DNA of 64,000 bases from an uncultured Planctomycetales bacterium (GTDB taxonomy: Bacteria; Omnitrophota; Gorgyraeia; Zapsychrales; Zapsychraceae): contig CAZHWM010000028.1 in assembly GCA_964535935.1 (NCBI GenBank), forward strand, positions 26,744-90,743. Direction: 5' to 3'. Position numbers and translations under genes: made by a program. This document shows positions 26,787-36,175 of this stretch, in pieces (position 1 is the first letter of the stretch; the number at the start of each line of letters is the position of its first letter). Below the pieces are notes generated by a model that searched no databases, was not told the DNA's origin, and was given only the letters and a program-made list of their open reading frames with translations.

Positions 26787-27230
26787 CTATTTGTTATCAT
26801 CTTTAAAATATCTACGCATCTGATTTATGGCAGTTAATCTCCCATTTACTGCATCTTTTTGCAAAAATCTTAAAAATTTTGTCAATCTCAAAAATGTCTT
26901 CTCCCCTATAGAATGTTCTATAGAGCATGCCTCTTTTTCTGCCAATGTAGCATCTAACATCAAAAACTCTGTTAAAAAACGAAATAATATATCGTGTTTA
27001 TTTCTTATTTCTGATGCTGCCTGTCCTCCTTCGTTAGTTAAATCTACATACCCATATCTCTCATGAATAACCAATCCTTGGTCTGATAAAAATTTTATAG
27101 CAGAGTTAACCGTAGGACTTTTAACATCAAGTTTACTTGCAATCTCTCCTACCCGTGCAAATCCCTTTTCTTTCTTTAGAGAGTATATTGCCTCAAGATA
27201 ATCTTCCATTGTTGAGGTTAATTTGTTCAT
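26787..27230 (-). CDS. DtxR/MntR-family metal-dependent transcriptional repressor (no SH3-like C-terminal domain)
   Basis: MEDYLEAIY N-terminus. wHTH (ARVGEIASKLDVKSPTVNSAIKFL). Metal-binding/dimerisation domain. Confidence 0.9.
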   Translation of the reverse strand: MNKLTSTMEDYLEAIYSLKKEKGFARVGEIASKLDVKSPTVNSAIKFLSDQGLVIHERYGYVDLTNEGGQAASEIRNKHDILFRFLTEFLMLDATLAEKEACSIEHSIGEKTFLRLTKFLRFLQKDAVNGRLTAINQMRRYFKDDNK

Positions 27231-27254
27231 ATTCTTAATTCAAGATTCCAATTC

Positions 27255-27290
27255 TTAGATTAATCTTATTTTGTTAGTGCATTCTAACAA
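27255..27290. promoter_or_regulatory. Second GTTAG-N6-CTAAC inverted repeat (27271-27290) plus a ttagattaatct 12-mer (27255-27266) shared with the feo operator. Candidate autoregulatory operator.
   Basis: ttgttagtgcattctaacaa has 7-bp arms. The 12-mer is identical to 26670-26681. Both lie 25-60 nt upstream of the regulator start. Confidence 0.6.
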
Positions 27291-27381
27291 ATATTTCCTC
27301 TTTGTCAATAAAATTATAAAACTTAAAAAAACTATACTTTCTATCATCCATTAAAAATGATTCAAACTACACTATAAAAAC

Positions 27382-29049
27382 TCACTTATCTATATTTTTC
27401 ATATAAGGGATTCGAATATGGAACTTAGCACACAAATAATTTATTTCCTTTTCTATTTTTTTATTATCCCCTCCATATTTAAGCAAACCTATAAGATAAT
27501 ATATTTTATTGAATGCCCAATTTCGTGCGATATCCTCCCCACCTTGTTCAGCCTTATCAAGTTGAGCTACAATCATAAACTCATTTTGTTCACCTTTAAG
27601 GTCACCTAACAATTGTAAGGAAAATTTATTTTCATCTGTATATTTACCGTATAAAGAAAATTCTGTATTACGAAAAAAATCAGGTAATGATTTTGGATAT
27701 ATCTGGGATTCATCCAATCCACTTACATGATATCGTAAATGTAAAAGAAGGGGTGATTTTATTTTACTATATAATTCAATTATCTGCCTTTTTATCATAT
27801 GTGTCCTATTAGTATACTCTGCCCATCCTCTATTTTTATATGCTATGAAATCAAGAAAATATCTATTAACTCCCATTCCTCCGCTCACAGTAAATATAGG
27901 TCGTCCTCCATTATCGAGCTTAGATATATCTCTTACTATCTTTGCTGCATTTGTTTCTCCTTCTGTAGGCCGACCATCGCTGAAGAAAATAATATAAGAA
28001 GGATCTATAATTTTTTTTATCTTAATACTTTGATAAAAGGCATTATATGCATTCGTCTTCTGTTTAACTATAAGGCTATCAACAAATAATTTAGCTTGCT
28101 CTATAGCTGTCTTACTTGCCTTTACAGAATGTGGTCGAAACCATAATATCTCCCTTTTAAATGCACCTATATTAAAATAATCTCCTTTATTTAAATTTTC
28201 CAAACAATATTTTAACCCTTCTTTAAACTGATTAAACCTTTCTCTTCCTATACTAGAAGAACAATCAATAAGAAAAACTACCTCTTTCGGCATTATTGGT
28301 AATTTTAACCCATCCTTTCCTACCCGGATACCAATCTTATAATATTTCTCGCCATCTGGAGCAACATATGTCATAAGATTACATATTAAATACTGTTTTA
28401 AGTCTGAGGGCTTCGTTTTCCTTTTTATAACAGAATGTCTAATATTCGATATTCCTTTGGTTGTAATCTTTTCGTTTGAAATTAATTCTTCATTTATCCC
28501 CTTAGGAGTAAACCCTGGCATCTTATCAAAAAAATCTCTGCTAGCGTTTACTTCTTTTGTTATATCAGGAGAAGAACTCGGGCCATCTTCGCCTATTATT
28601 GAAGAAACCTCTACCAACTCCTTACGGGTCTTACGCGCATCTTTTTTCCTAACATGTTTATAATTTCTTTGATCATTCACTAATTCCTCTAAAGATTCAT
28701 CTTGATGGGATGAAGAAGGAGCGGGAACAAGGGTAGTAGGCGGAGCATTAAATATTAATTCATTCTTTGCTATATGCTCTGCCTCTGAGCTTACTTCCTT
28801 CTCTAATTTAGCCTCCTCTCTATTATCAGGTTTTACAAATTTCATAGTATTAATAGAAATAACTCCTCTATTTTTAACAACTTTCCTAGGAAGATCGACA
28901 TTTATTTTGTTTATCCTAAATAATCGTCGAGAACGTAGGATATTGATATGTATACTGGGTATCTCTATATCCCTCATAGTCAAGAACAAGGATATATGTA
29001 CTAAAACGGAAACTGTTATTGCAAAAAATATGTCTCTTTTATTATTCAT
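27382..29049 (-). CDS. TolA/TonB-like N-terminal anchor fused to a VWA (MIDAS) domain
   Basis: The single TM FFAITVSVLVHISLFL carries S-x3-H (compare E. coli TolA ISAVLHVILF). The VWA domain has DxSxS (VVFLIDCSSSIG) and SDG (FFSDGRPTEG). 4-nt overlap with the upstream TPR gene. Confidence 0.75.
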   Translation of the reverse strand: MNNKRDIFFAITVSVLVHISLFLTMRDIEIPSIHINILRSRRLFRINKINVDLPRKVVKNRGVISINTMKFVKPDNREEAKLEKEVSSEAEHIAKNELIFNAPPTTLVPAPSSSHQDESLEELVNDQRNYKHVRKKDARKTRKELVEVSSIIGEDGPSSSPDITKEVNASRDFFDKMPGFTPKGINEELISNEKITTKGISNIRHSVIKRKTKPSDLKQYLICNLMTYVAPDGEKYYKIGIRVGKDGLKLPIMPKEVVFLIDCSSSIGRERFNQFKEGLKYCLENLNKGDYFNIGAFKREILWFRPHSVKASKTAIEQAKLFVDSLIVKQKTNAYNAFYQSIKIKKIIDPSYIIFFSDGRPTEGETNAAKIVRDISKLDNGGRPIFTVSGGMGVNRYFLDFIAYKNRGWAEYTNRTHMIKRQIIELYSKIKSPLLLHLRYHVSGLDESQIYPKSLPDFFRNTEFSLYGKYTDENKFSLQLLGDLKGEQNEFMIVAQLDKAEQGGEDIARNWAFNKIYYLIGLLKYGGDNKKIEKEINYLCAKFHIRIPYMKNIDK

Positions 29050-31424
29050 AAATTATCCTGCACAAGCAACTTTAACCGCTGCTTGGCCTCTTCAGCTAAA
29101 TCGCTTTGACTATACACATCAACAATCTCTTTATATACCTTAATTGCATCTTTTCTTTTCTTCAATTCTTCCAATATCCTTCCTGCTCTAAATAAAGCCT
29201 CCGGACAATAAATATCATCATTATATAAAACAGCGACTAACATATAAAATTTATACGCCTCTTCTATATTACCTCTTTCTTGCTCAAGATTGGCAATCTC
29301 AAATCTGGCCCTCATAGTTATAGTCGCATCATCAGGATACTCAACAATAGCAGTCTCAAACTCCTTTCTTGCATCGGAATATCTTTTTAATGCAGACAGA
29401 CATAATCCTTTACCGATATAAGATGCTGCCGTATATACATTCGAAGTCCGTGATAATAATACTATATTATAATTTTTTATCGACTTCTGATATTCCTTCT
29501 TTTTCCGAAAAGCAAGTGCCTTAAAATAAGCTATCTCTATATTATCTTTTCCGTCTACATCTTTCTTCTGAGCCCTTTGTAGGACCTCCAACGCTTTATC
29601 TAAATGCTCTTCATTAACATATTTCTCAGCAAGCCATATATATACCTTAATATTTAAACCACGGCCATCAAACTCTGTAATAATCTTATCATATACGTCA
29701 GCAGCCAATTGTTCTTGCCCCTGATCTAAATATATCAATGCCATATTCTTTAATGATGATGCTATAAGATCTTTACTTGCCTTTGTAAAATCTATCTTTT
29801 TATAGTAGTCTAAGGCTTCCTCTTTATCTCCCTTTATCTGCAAGTCATATGCTAAAAGAAAATATATCTTATTTAACCTATTACTCTTAGGATACTTTAA
29901 TATAAAGGACTTTAAGAGTCCTATTGCCTTATCATATTCTTTCAAATCTCCATATAAATTAGCCAGACGAAACATAACCAATTCACTACGATACCAATTC
30001 TTAAATTTATTCAAATAAAGTTCGCTATCTTTAACCGCCTTATCTGTCATTCTCTCCCTAATAGCAAGCAAAATATCATTATAAAGAGACTCTCTCCTTT
30101 TAGAAAGATCTTTTCCCTGCTGAAAATATTTAAAAAATAATTCCATAGCTTTCTTATTATCTCCTGCTGCCTTTTTCGCATGCGCTGCTCCATAAAGGGC
30201 ATCGTCAGCAAAATCAGAAGAAGGGAAATTATCAATAATCTGTTTATATAATTCATATGATTTTGAAAAATTAGCTAATCCATAATATGCTTCTGCTTCC
30301 AAAAATAATCTTCTATCCTTTCCTACTGTTACATCAGAAAATCCCTTATCTAATAACTCTATAGCCTCTTTCATATGCTTTGATTTAACTAATACCTCTG
30401 CCTTTTCTAATAATGCCTTATTTCTATCAAACTCACTGATGGAAGTATTAGTTAATATACTATTTAAAATCTGCTCTGCTTTTTTATATTGTGATAACTC
30501 AACATATGCTGAAGCCACAATATAATATATTTCAAAAAAATTATCCCCTTCCTTAGCTATAGCTTTATATTTATTATAAACTGAAAGTAAATCTTCATAC
30601 TTAGAAAGGTCATATAAACTCAACAACAAGTTAGAAAACGCATCCTTTACAATGTCTTCATTAAGATATTTATCCAAAATACCTTTAAAGACCTGTATCG
30701 CGGAAAGATAATCTTTATTTAAAAAATATGCTTCTCCTTTTTTATAGAGAATAAAACTCTTTATTTTTTTATCATTAGTACTATTAAATGCCCTATCATA
30801 ATATTTTAAGGCCATCTCAAGTTTATGATCCTTAGCCAAAATAGCTCCTGCTTCAATTAGAGCATCTACAGCACAATGACTTCCTTTTAATATAGCAACT
30901 GCCTCATCAAAGCTCTTAATTGCCTGCTCTTTATCTCCCTTACCCAAATAAGCCTTACCTTTACAAAATACTAATATCTGCCTAAAACTATCATCCAAGG
31001 ACCTACTGTTAACTGAAGAAAGCCATTCTAATGCTGATGTATAGTCGTTTAAAAAAAGAAATGACTGTCCTAATCTCATTTTAGCAAGGTCCACCTTTTT
31101 TCCTTGAGGAAACAAATGTAGATACTCTTTATATTGCTCTATCGCATTATGATAATGCTTAAGAAAAAAACTACTTTCAGCCTTACCAAAATATGCCTCA
31201 GGTAAATATTTGCTTTGCTTAAAAGAACTAATAAACTTACCATATTCATCTGCTGCCATCTTATAAAACCCACGCTGAAAAAGGCCATTTGCAAAATCCA
31301 GCTGCTCAAGATCACTTGAAACCACTGGGGCCTTTGCAAAAACCGTGACGTTAAATGAAAACAGGAAAGTTAAAAATAATAAAATAATAACAATATGTGT
31401 TACTCGCTTATAAAAATCTCGCAT
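29046..31424 (-). CDS. Secreted 792-aa TPR-repeat protein
   Basis: Signal peptide (VFA/KA), then TPR-like units along nearly the entire length. The start is 1 nt after the ExbD stop. Confidence 0.8.
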   Translation of the reverse strand: MRDFYKRVTHIVIILLFLTFLFSFNVTVFAKAPVVSSDLEQLDFANGLFQRGFYKMAADEYGKFISSFKQSKYLPEAYFGKAESSFFLKHYHNAIEQYKEYLHLFPQGKKVDLAKMRLGQSFLFLNDYTSALEWLSSVNSRSLDDSFRQILVFCKGKAYLGKGDKEQAIKSFDEAVAILKGSHCAVDALIEAGAILAKDHKLEMALKYYDRAFNSTNDKKIKSFILYKKGEAYFLNKDYLSAIQVFKGILDKYLNEDIVKDAFSNLLLSLYDLSKYEDLLSVYNKYKAIAKEGDNFFEIYYIVASAYVELSQYKKAEQILNSILTNTSISEFDRNKALLEKAEVLVKSKHMKEAIELLDKGFSDVTVGKDRRLFLEAEAYYGLANFSKSYELYKQIIDNFPSSDFADDALYGAAHAKKAAGDNKKAMELFFKYFQQGKDLSKRRESLYNDILLAIRERMTDKAVKDSELYLNKFKNWYRSELVMFRLANLYGDLKEYDKAIGLLKSFILKYPKSNRLNKIYFLLAYDLQIKGDKEEALDYYKKIDFTKASKDLIASSLKNMALIYLDQGQEQLAADVYDKIITEFDGRGLNIKVYIWLAEKYVNEEHLDKALEVLQRAQKKDVDGKDNIEIAYFKALAFRKKKEYQKSIKNYNIVLLSRTSNVYTAASYIGKGLCLSALKRYSDARKEFETAIVEYPDDATITMRARFEIANLEQERGNIEEAYKFYMLVAVLYNDDIYCPEALFRAGRILEELKKRKDAIKVYKEIVDVYSQSDLAEEAKQRLKLLVQDNL

Positions 31425-31425
31425 C

Positions 31426-31845
31426 TTACTCCTCTTTCATAGTAGAAAAAGATATATTCCATATATCCGCAGCTGCACAAGCATCTAATACCCTTATGAC
31501 ATATTTATGATATGCATTCTCGTCCGCCCTTATAATTACAGCTTGATTAGGAAAAAGCGCGGCTACGCGCTTTAACATTTTCTGCAACCCTTCTTTAGTC
31601 AATTCCTTTTGATTTACAATCACCCTACCATCTTTAGTGATATTAATAATAATCTCTCCCGGACTTCTAACAGGATTGACTGACTCTGATGCCTTAGGAA
31701 CACTTATACTCAACTCTGATTCTAACTGCCCAAATACAGACATAACCATAAAAAAAACTAATGTAAGAAAAATAATATCTATTAATGGGGCCATCTGTAT
31801 CACAGGTCTTTGTTTCTGATACTGGGATACAACAAATTTTGACAT
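31426..31845 (-). CDS. exbD: ExbD/TolR-family biopolymer transport protein
   Basis: MAPLIDIIFLTLVFFM with the conserved TM Asp. ExbD periplasmic domain. Confidence 0.9.
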   Translation of the reverse strand: MSKFVVSQYQKQRPVIQMAPLIDIIFLTLVFFMVMSVFGQLESELSISVPKASESVNPVRSPGEIIINITKDGRVIVNQKELTKEGLQKMLKRVAALFPNQAVIIRADENAYHKYVIRVLDACAAADIWNISFSTMKEE

Positions 31846-31887
31846 CTCCTACCTCCTATAAAAACTATATAAATAATCAACCATACT

Positions 31888-32631
31888 TTATAAATCCTCA
31901 ATAAGTTTTATAATTTCCGTAGTATTATTCTCTATAATATTAACTATACTCTGGACTCTACCGCGGAAAAAAGAATAAAACATCATAGCAGGTATTGCTA
32001 CTATAAGACCAGCCGCAGTAGTAACCATTGCCTTGGAAACTCCACCTGCTAACAGTATAGGTTTAACAGCTACTGTTTGAAAGGCAATTACATTAAAGGC
32101 CTGAATCATCCCCAAAACCGTCCCCAATAAACCCACAAGAGGGGCGACTGTGGCAACATCTGCAAGATAACTGATATTTTGCCACAGATTGCTTATCTCT
32201 TTCCTTGCACAATCTTCCATAGCCTCACGAGCAAATATATGCCCCTTTGAACGTCTTAGTAACCCTGCCATAACAATTTTGGAAATAATATTATCCTTGG
32301 TCTTACACATTTTTTCAGCAGCTATTTTCTGCTTTCGTTCCAATTTATTTATAACCTCTAAAGTAAATTTTTCCGGAATAAGTCTAGATGTCTTAAGGGT
32401 AATAAAATTATATACTATCAATGCAGTAGCAAGTATCGATAAAAAACCTAATACAACCATAACAAAACCACCTGCCTGAACCAACTGCCACAAAGTCATT
32501 CCCTGTTCAGACTGCTGTACTGAGGCTATATATGGCTTTAATTTATCCATCCCTGTAGCTGCAAATACTGGAAAGATACTACCCACAGCCACAATAATAT
32601 TAAAAAGAAATATAATTCCTGTCTTTCTCAT
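31888..32631 (-). CDS. exbB: MotA/TolQ/ExbB-family proton channel
   Basis: Conserved C-terminal helices (APLVGLLGTVLGMIQAF ... ALVTTAAGLIVAIPA). Confidence 0.9.
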   Translation of the reverse strand: MRKTGIIFLFNIIVAVGSIFPVFAATGMDKLKPYIASVQQSEQGMTLWQLVQAGGFVMVVLGFLSILATALIVYNFITLKTSRLIPEKFTLEVINKLERKQKIAAEKMCKTKDNIISKIVMAGLLRRSKGHIFAREAMEDCARKEISNLWQNISYLADVATVAPLVGLLGTVLGMIQAFNVIAFQTVAVKPILLAGGVSKAMVTTAAGLIVAIPAMMFYSFFRGRVQSIVNIIENNTTEIIKLIEDL

Positions 32632-32689
32632 TACAGCTCCTTTCGTTTCAAAAAAATATAAAAATATTTATAATATATTATAACAAACT

Positions 32690-35008
32690 CTATCTTTCCC
32701 CCACAGAAAAATTTAAATGAACATTTTTTATAAATATCAACAACAAAAATACAGAAAAATTCAGCAATGAACAAAGAAGTGCTGTTACACCTATACCAAA
32801 TATAGGGATAAAAAAAGTTGCAGCCATTACGGCACCTATAGCTGCCCCCAAAGAATCAAAAGCATATAACATTCCTGCATGCATAGATATATCTCTAGTT
32901 TTGGGTTCTATTGAACAGTCTTTCTTATCTACCCTATCAGAGGCAAGCAAATACGTTGCCATAGGATATTGCATACCTCCTATAAAACCTGCAATAATAG
33001 GCAACGAGGCAAAAATACTGGCCAAAAATATGGATGAAATATACCCAGGCCTGAAGTCCCTAAAAATAATAAAAATAAGAGGTAAAAGCAAAGGATAAAT
33101 ACATATAGAAAGCTGAGTAATTTTATACCAATTAAAAATACTATTAAAAGTAGAAACAACAATAATCCTTTTGGCGGATAAACTTCCTAAAAATAAACCT
33201 AACATAAAAGATGCAATAATAATACTAATTTTATAATAAGCATAACCATAAAGAGATTGAAAGGCTATAATTACAATTATCTGAAAGATTATCTCTGAGA
33301 AACCTGTAGTAAGAATAGAGAAAGATACAGGGACATTAAGTCCTTTTTTAATAAAAAATAATCCACATATTAAAAATGAAACTGGTATAACCATAAGATA
33401 ATAATATAAAGAAATATTTCGCAAATATGCAAAAAGTGCTTTAAAATATGTATTGAAATGAGTTGACCATAAAAGAATATCGTATAAATAAGATATTGGT
33501 CTCATGTCAGTATTAATATCTCCTCCCTTTTTATCCAGTATTTTCTGTATCTGTAACCTACGATCAGGACTCAATTGATAAGGCAAATAATATTCTCTCA
33601 CATATTTAGTCTTTATCTTACGCTGTTTCAATCGTTGAACTAAGACATCTGGGAGGAGGGTAATTCCTTCTTTACTAGTGGAAGCCACAAAGACCGCTGT
33701 ATCTGTAGGCACGAGCTTCACATCAGCAAAAGCTTGCTTTAATGTAGAATAAATGGAGCGTAAAAACTGTCGCTGCTCTGTGCTTAGATAATTTTCAGAT
33801 GAAGACACACTTAAAGATAATATACCGGATGGGGCCAATATTCTCTTTACTTCTTGAAAAAATTCAAGGGTATAATAACGGTTTACCATTGCTGTCAAAG
33901 GATCGGGTAAATTTATAATAACAACATCGTAGTTCTGATTTGATCTCTTAACAAACATCCTCCCATCCATGTGAATAATATGTACACGGGGATCATGTAA
34001 TGGCTGTATTATATCAGCAGGCAGATATTGTTGTGATACTAAGATAACCTTTGGATCCAATTCCACATAGTCAAGCCGTGCTATATGATGTTTTAATATC
34101 TCTTTCACCGCCCCTCCAATTCCCCCGCCGATAAGCAGGACTTTCTTAGGAGAAGGATGTGCCAACATAGCATAATGGACCCTTGTTTCTGCAGAAAGGT
34201 CATCTTTTGTAGAAAAGGAAAATAAACCATTTTCAAATAGATTATATTCTGTTCCTAAACGTGTAAGTACGATATTCCCATATATGGAATCCGTGATATC
34301 GACTATCGTGGTCCCTTTCCATTGTATCCTACGAGAAATTGTATCAAACCTATCAACCCATCCGAGAAGATACAAAATCAAACTGCCTAATATAAAGACT
34401 GCCAACCATATACTTCTCATCCTTACCCTACTCAAGATAAATATCCCGGCTATCAAATTCAGTATTCCTATAAAAAATATTATCTCAACAGCAGAAAAAT
34501 AATGGACTAAGACATAACCAAAAATAAGTCCACCTGTGGCAGCCCCTGCTGATTCCCATAAATATAAAGAGCCAATATCTTCTATTTCTTCTGGAATACT
34601 TTTATCGTTGATAGATAACCTGCACAAAAATGAAAACATAGCACCAAAAAGAGATGCCGAAGGAGCAAGTAAAATAAAAATAGAAAGAAAAGCAGGAACA
34701 ATACCTATAATTTCTCCTATATGAAGATGCATAAATTGCTTTATACATCTAGAAACAAAAATAGTTGCGGGAAGACATAGATAAAGAAAAAACTGAATAA
34801 CAACCAATGCTACCGGAGATTTCTTTTGTCTTTGCCTAAGTGCACCTCCTATAACAAAACTACCTACACTTACCCAAAACAACCATACAGCAAGAATAAT
34901 AGCATAAACAGTCTCATTGCCATAAAATACCGTAACCAACTCACGCATTAAAACTACTTGAACAATTACCGAACTTATCCCCAGAATAAATGCTAAGAAG
35001 GCTAGCAT
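32690..35008 (-). CDS. Fused polytopic membrane domain / spermidine-synthase-like aminopropyltransferase-fold protein
   Basis: Central SAM-MTase/SpeE-like segment (KKVLLIGGGIGGAVKEILKH ... YVELDP ... YDVVIINLPDP) flanked by many TM helices on both sides. Confidence 0.8.
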   Translation of the reverse strand: MLAFLAFILGISSVIVQVVLMRELVTVFYGNETVYAIILAVWLFWVSVGSFVIGGALRQRQKKSPVALVVIQFFLYLCLPATIFVSRCIKQFMHLHIGEIIGIVPAFLSIFILLAPSASLFGAMFSFLCRLSINDKSIPEEIEDIGSLYLWESAGAATGGLIFGYVLVHYFSAVEIIFFIGILNLIAGIFILSRVRMRSIWLAVFILGSLILYLLGWVDRFDTISRRIQWKGTTIVDITDSIYGNIVLTRLGTEYNLFENGLFSFSTKDDLSAETRVHYAMLAHPSPKKVLLIGGGIGGAVKEILKHHIARLDYVELDPKVILVSQQYLPADIIQPLHDPRVHIIHMDGRMFVKRSNQNYDVVIINLPDPLTAMVNRYYTLEFFQEVKRILAPSGILSLSVSSSENYLSTEQRQFLRSIYSTLKQAFADVKLVPTDTAVFVASTSKEGITLLPDVLVQRLKQRKIKTKYVREYYLPYQLSPDRRLQIQKILDKKGGDINTDMRPISYLYDILLWSTHFNTYFKALFAYLRNISLYYYLMVIPVSFLICGLFFIKKGLNVPVSFSILTTGFSEIIFQIIVIIAFQSLYGYAYYKISIIIASFMLGLFLGSLSAKRIIVVSTFNSIFNWYKITQLSICIYPLLLPLIFIIFRDFRPGYISSIFLASIFASLPIIAGFIGGMQYPMATYLLASDRVDKKDCSIEPKTRDISMHAGMLYAFDSLGAAIGAVMAATFFIPIFGIGVTALLCSLLNFSVFLLLIFIKNVHLNFSVGER

Positions 35009-35068
35009 TTACTTTTGCCTCCCTATCATAACTAAATTTTATCGTTATATATTCTTACATTGGCTAAT

Positions 35069-36175
35069 TTAAAACATACTTCTCTTGTGACTCAAATTTA
35101 ATAATATCCCTATCATAATAATAAAGGCAAAAAAGGATGACCTTCCATAACTTATCAAAGGAAGGGTTAATCCTACAATAGGAAACATACCCATAACCAT
35201 ACCTATATTTATTATTACCTGTAAAGCCAAAATAGATACTATACCTACTGCTGTTAACCTACCGAAGTTATCTTTAATCTGTTCAGCAACCCGCAAACCA
35301 CACATAATAAGCTGAAAGTACAAGAATACTAAAATAAGTGTACCTATAAGTCCCCATTCTTCTCCTATAACAGAAAAAATAAAATCTGTATGCCTTTCAG
35401 GAAGAAAATTTAACTGATTTTGAGTCCCTGCTAACCATCCCTTCCCAAATATTTGGCCAGATCCTATTGCAATCTTTGATTGAGTAATAGTATACCCTGC
35501 TCCTAATGGGTCAATATTAGGATTAAGAAAGACCAATAATCTATTCTTCTGATAAGTCTTAAGCATACCCCAAGCAAAGGGCAAAAAACTCACGCATATT
35601 ATTAAAAATCCTAATATATATTTATATGCCAGACCACTTGCAAATACTATGGCAATAAATATACCAAACATTAATAATGCAGTCCCAAGATCTGGTTGTT
35701 TAAATATTAACAACATCATAGCTGCTGTCAGGATAAAAGGCCATATAAGATGAACAACTACCTTCTGGAGTTTATCTAACATACCAAAATTCAACCTTAT
35801 ACTCCTATTACTAAAATACCTACTCAGCATTAAAATCAGTGAAATTTTACTGAACTCTGATGGCTGAAACCCAACACCGCCTATTTGTATCCACCTACTT
35901 GCACCTAATGCATGTCTTCCTGCTACTAGTACCCAAACTAACAATAGCATATTTATAATATATAAAATATAGGCAACATCATAAAATTTCCTATAATCCA
36001 GTCTACTTAAAACCAACATTACAAACAATCCTATAACGGCAAAACTAAACTGATTATAAAATACCTTTACAGTAACACGCGAATTCCCTGATGCAGCACT
36101 ATACAATGCAAGCAATCCCACAATAATAATTAATAATGTATATATAATTATCTTTACTCCAATATTCCTATTCAT
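35069..36175 (-). CDS. rodA: SEDS-family peptidoglycan polymerase RodA
   Basis: FtsW/RodA/SpoVE topology and motifs (QPSEFSK, TDFIFSVIGEEWG). ATG at 36175 forms an ATGA overlap with the mrdA stop. Confidence 0.9.
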   Translation of the reverse strand: MNRNIGVKIIIYTLLIIIVGLLALYSAASGNSRVTVKVFYNQFSFAVIGLFVMLVLSRLDYRKFYDVAYILYIINMLLLVWVLVAGRHALGASRWIQIGGVGFQPSEFSKISLILMLSRYFSNRSIRLNFGMLDKLQKVVVHLIWPFILTAAMMLLIFKQPDLGTALLMFGIFIAIVFASGLAYKYILGFLIICVSFLPFAWGMLKTYQKNRLLVFLNPNIDPLGAGYTITQSKIAIGSGQIFGKGWLAGTQNQLNFLPERHTDFIFSVIGEEWGLIGTLILVFLYFQLIMCGLRVAEQIKDNFGRLTAVGIVSILALQVIINIGMVMGMFPIVGLTLPLISYGRSSFFAFIIMIGILLNLSHKRSMF

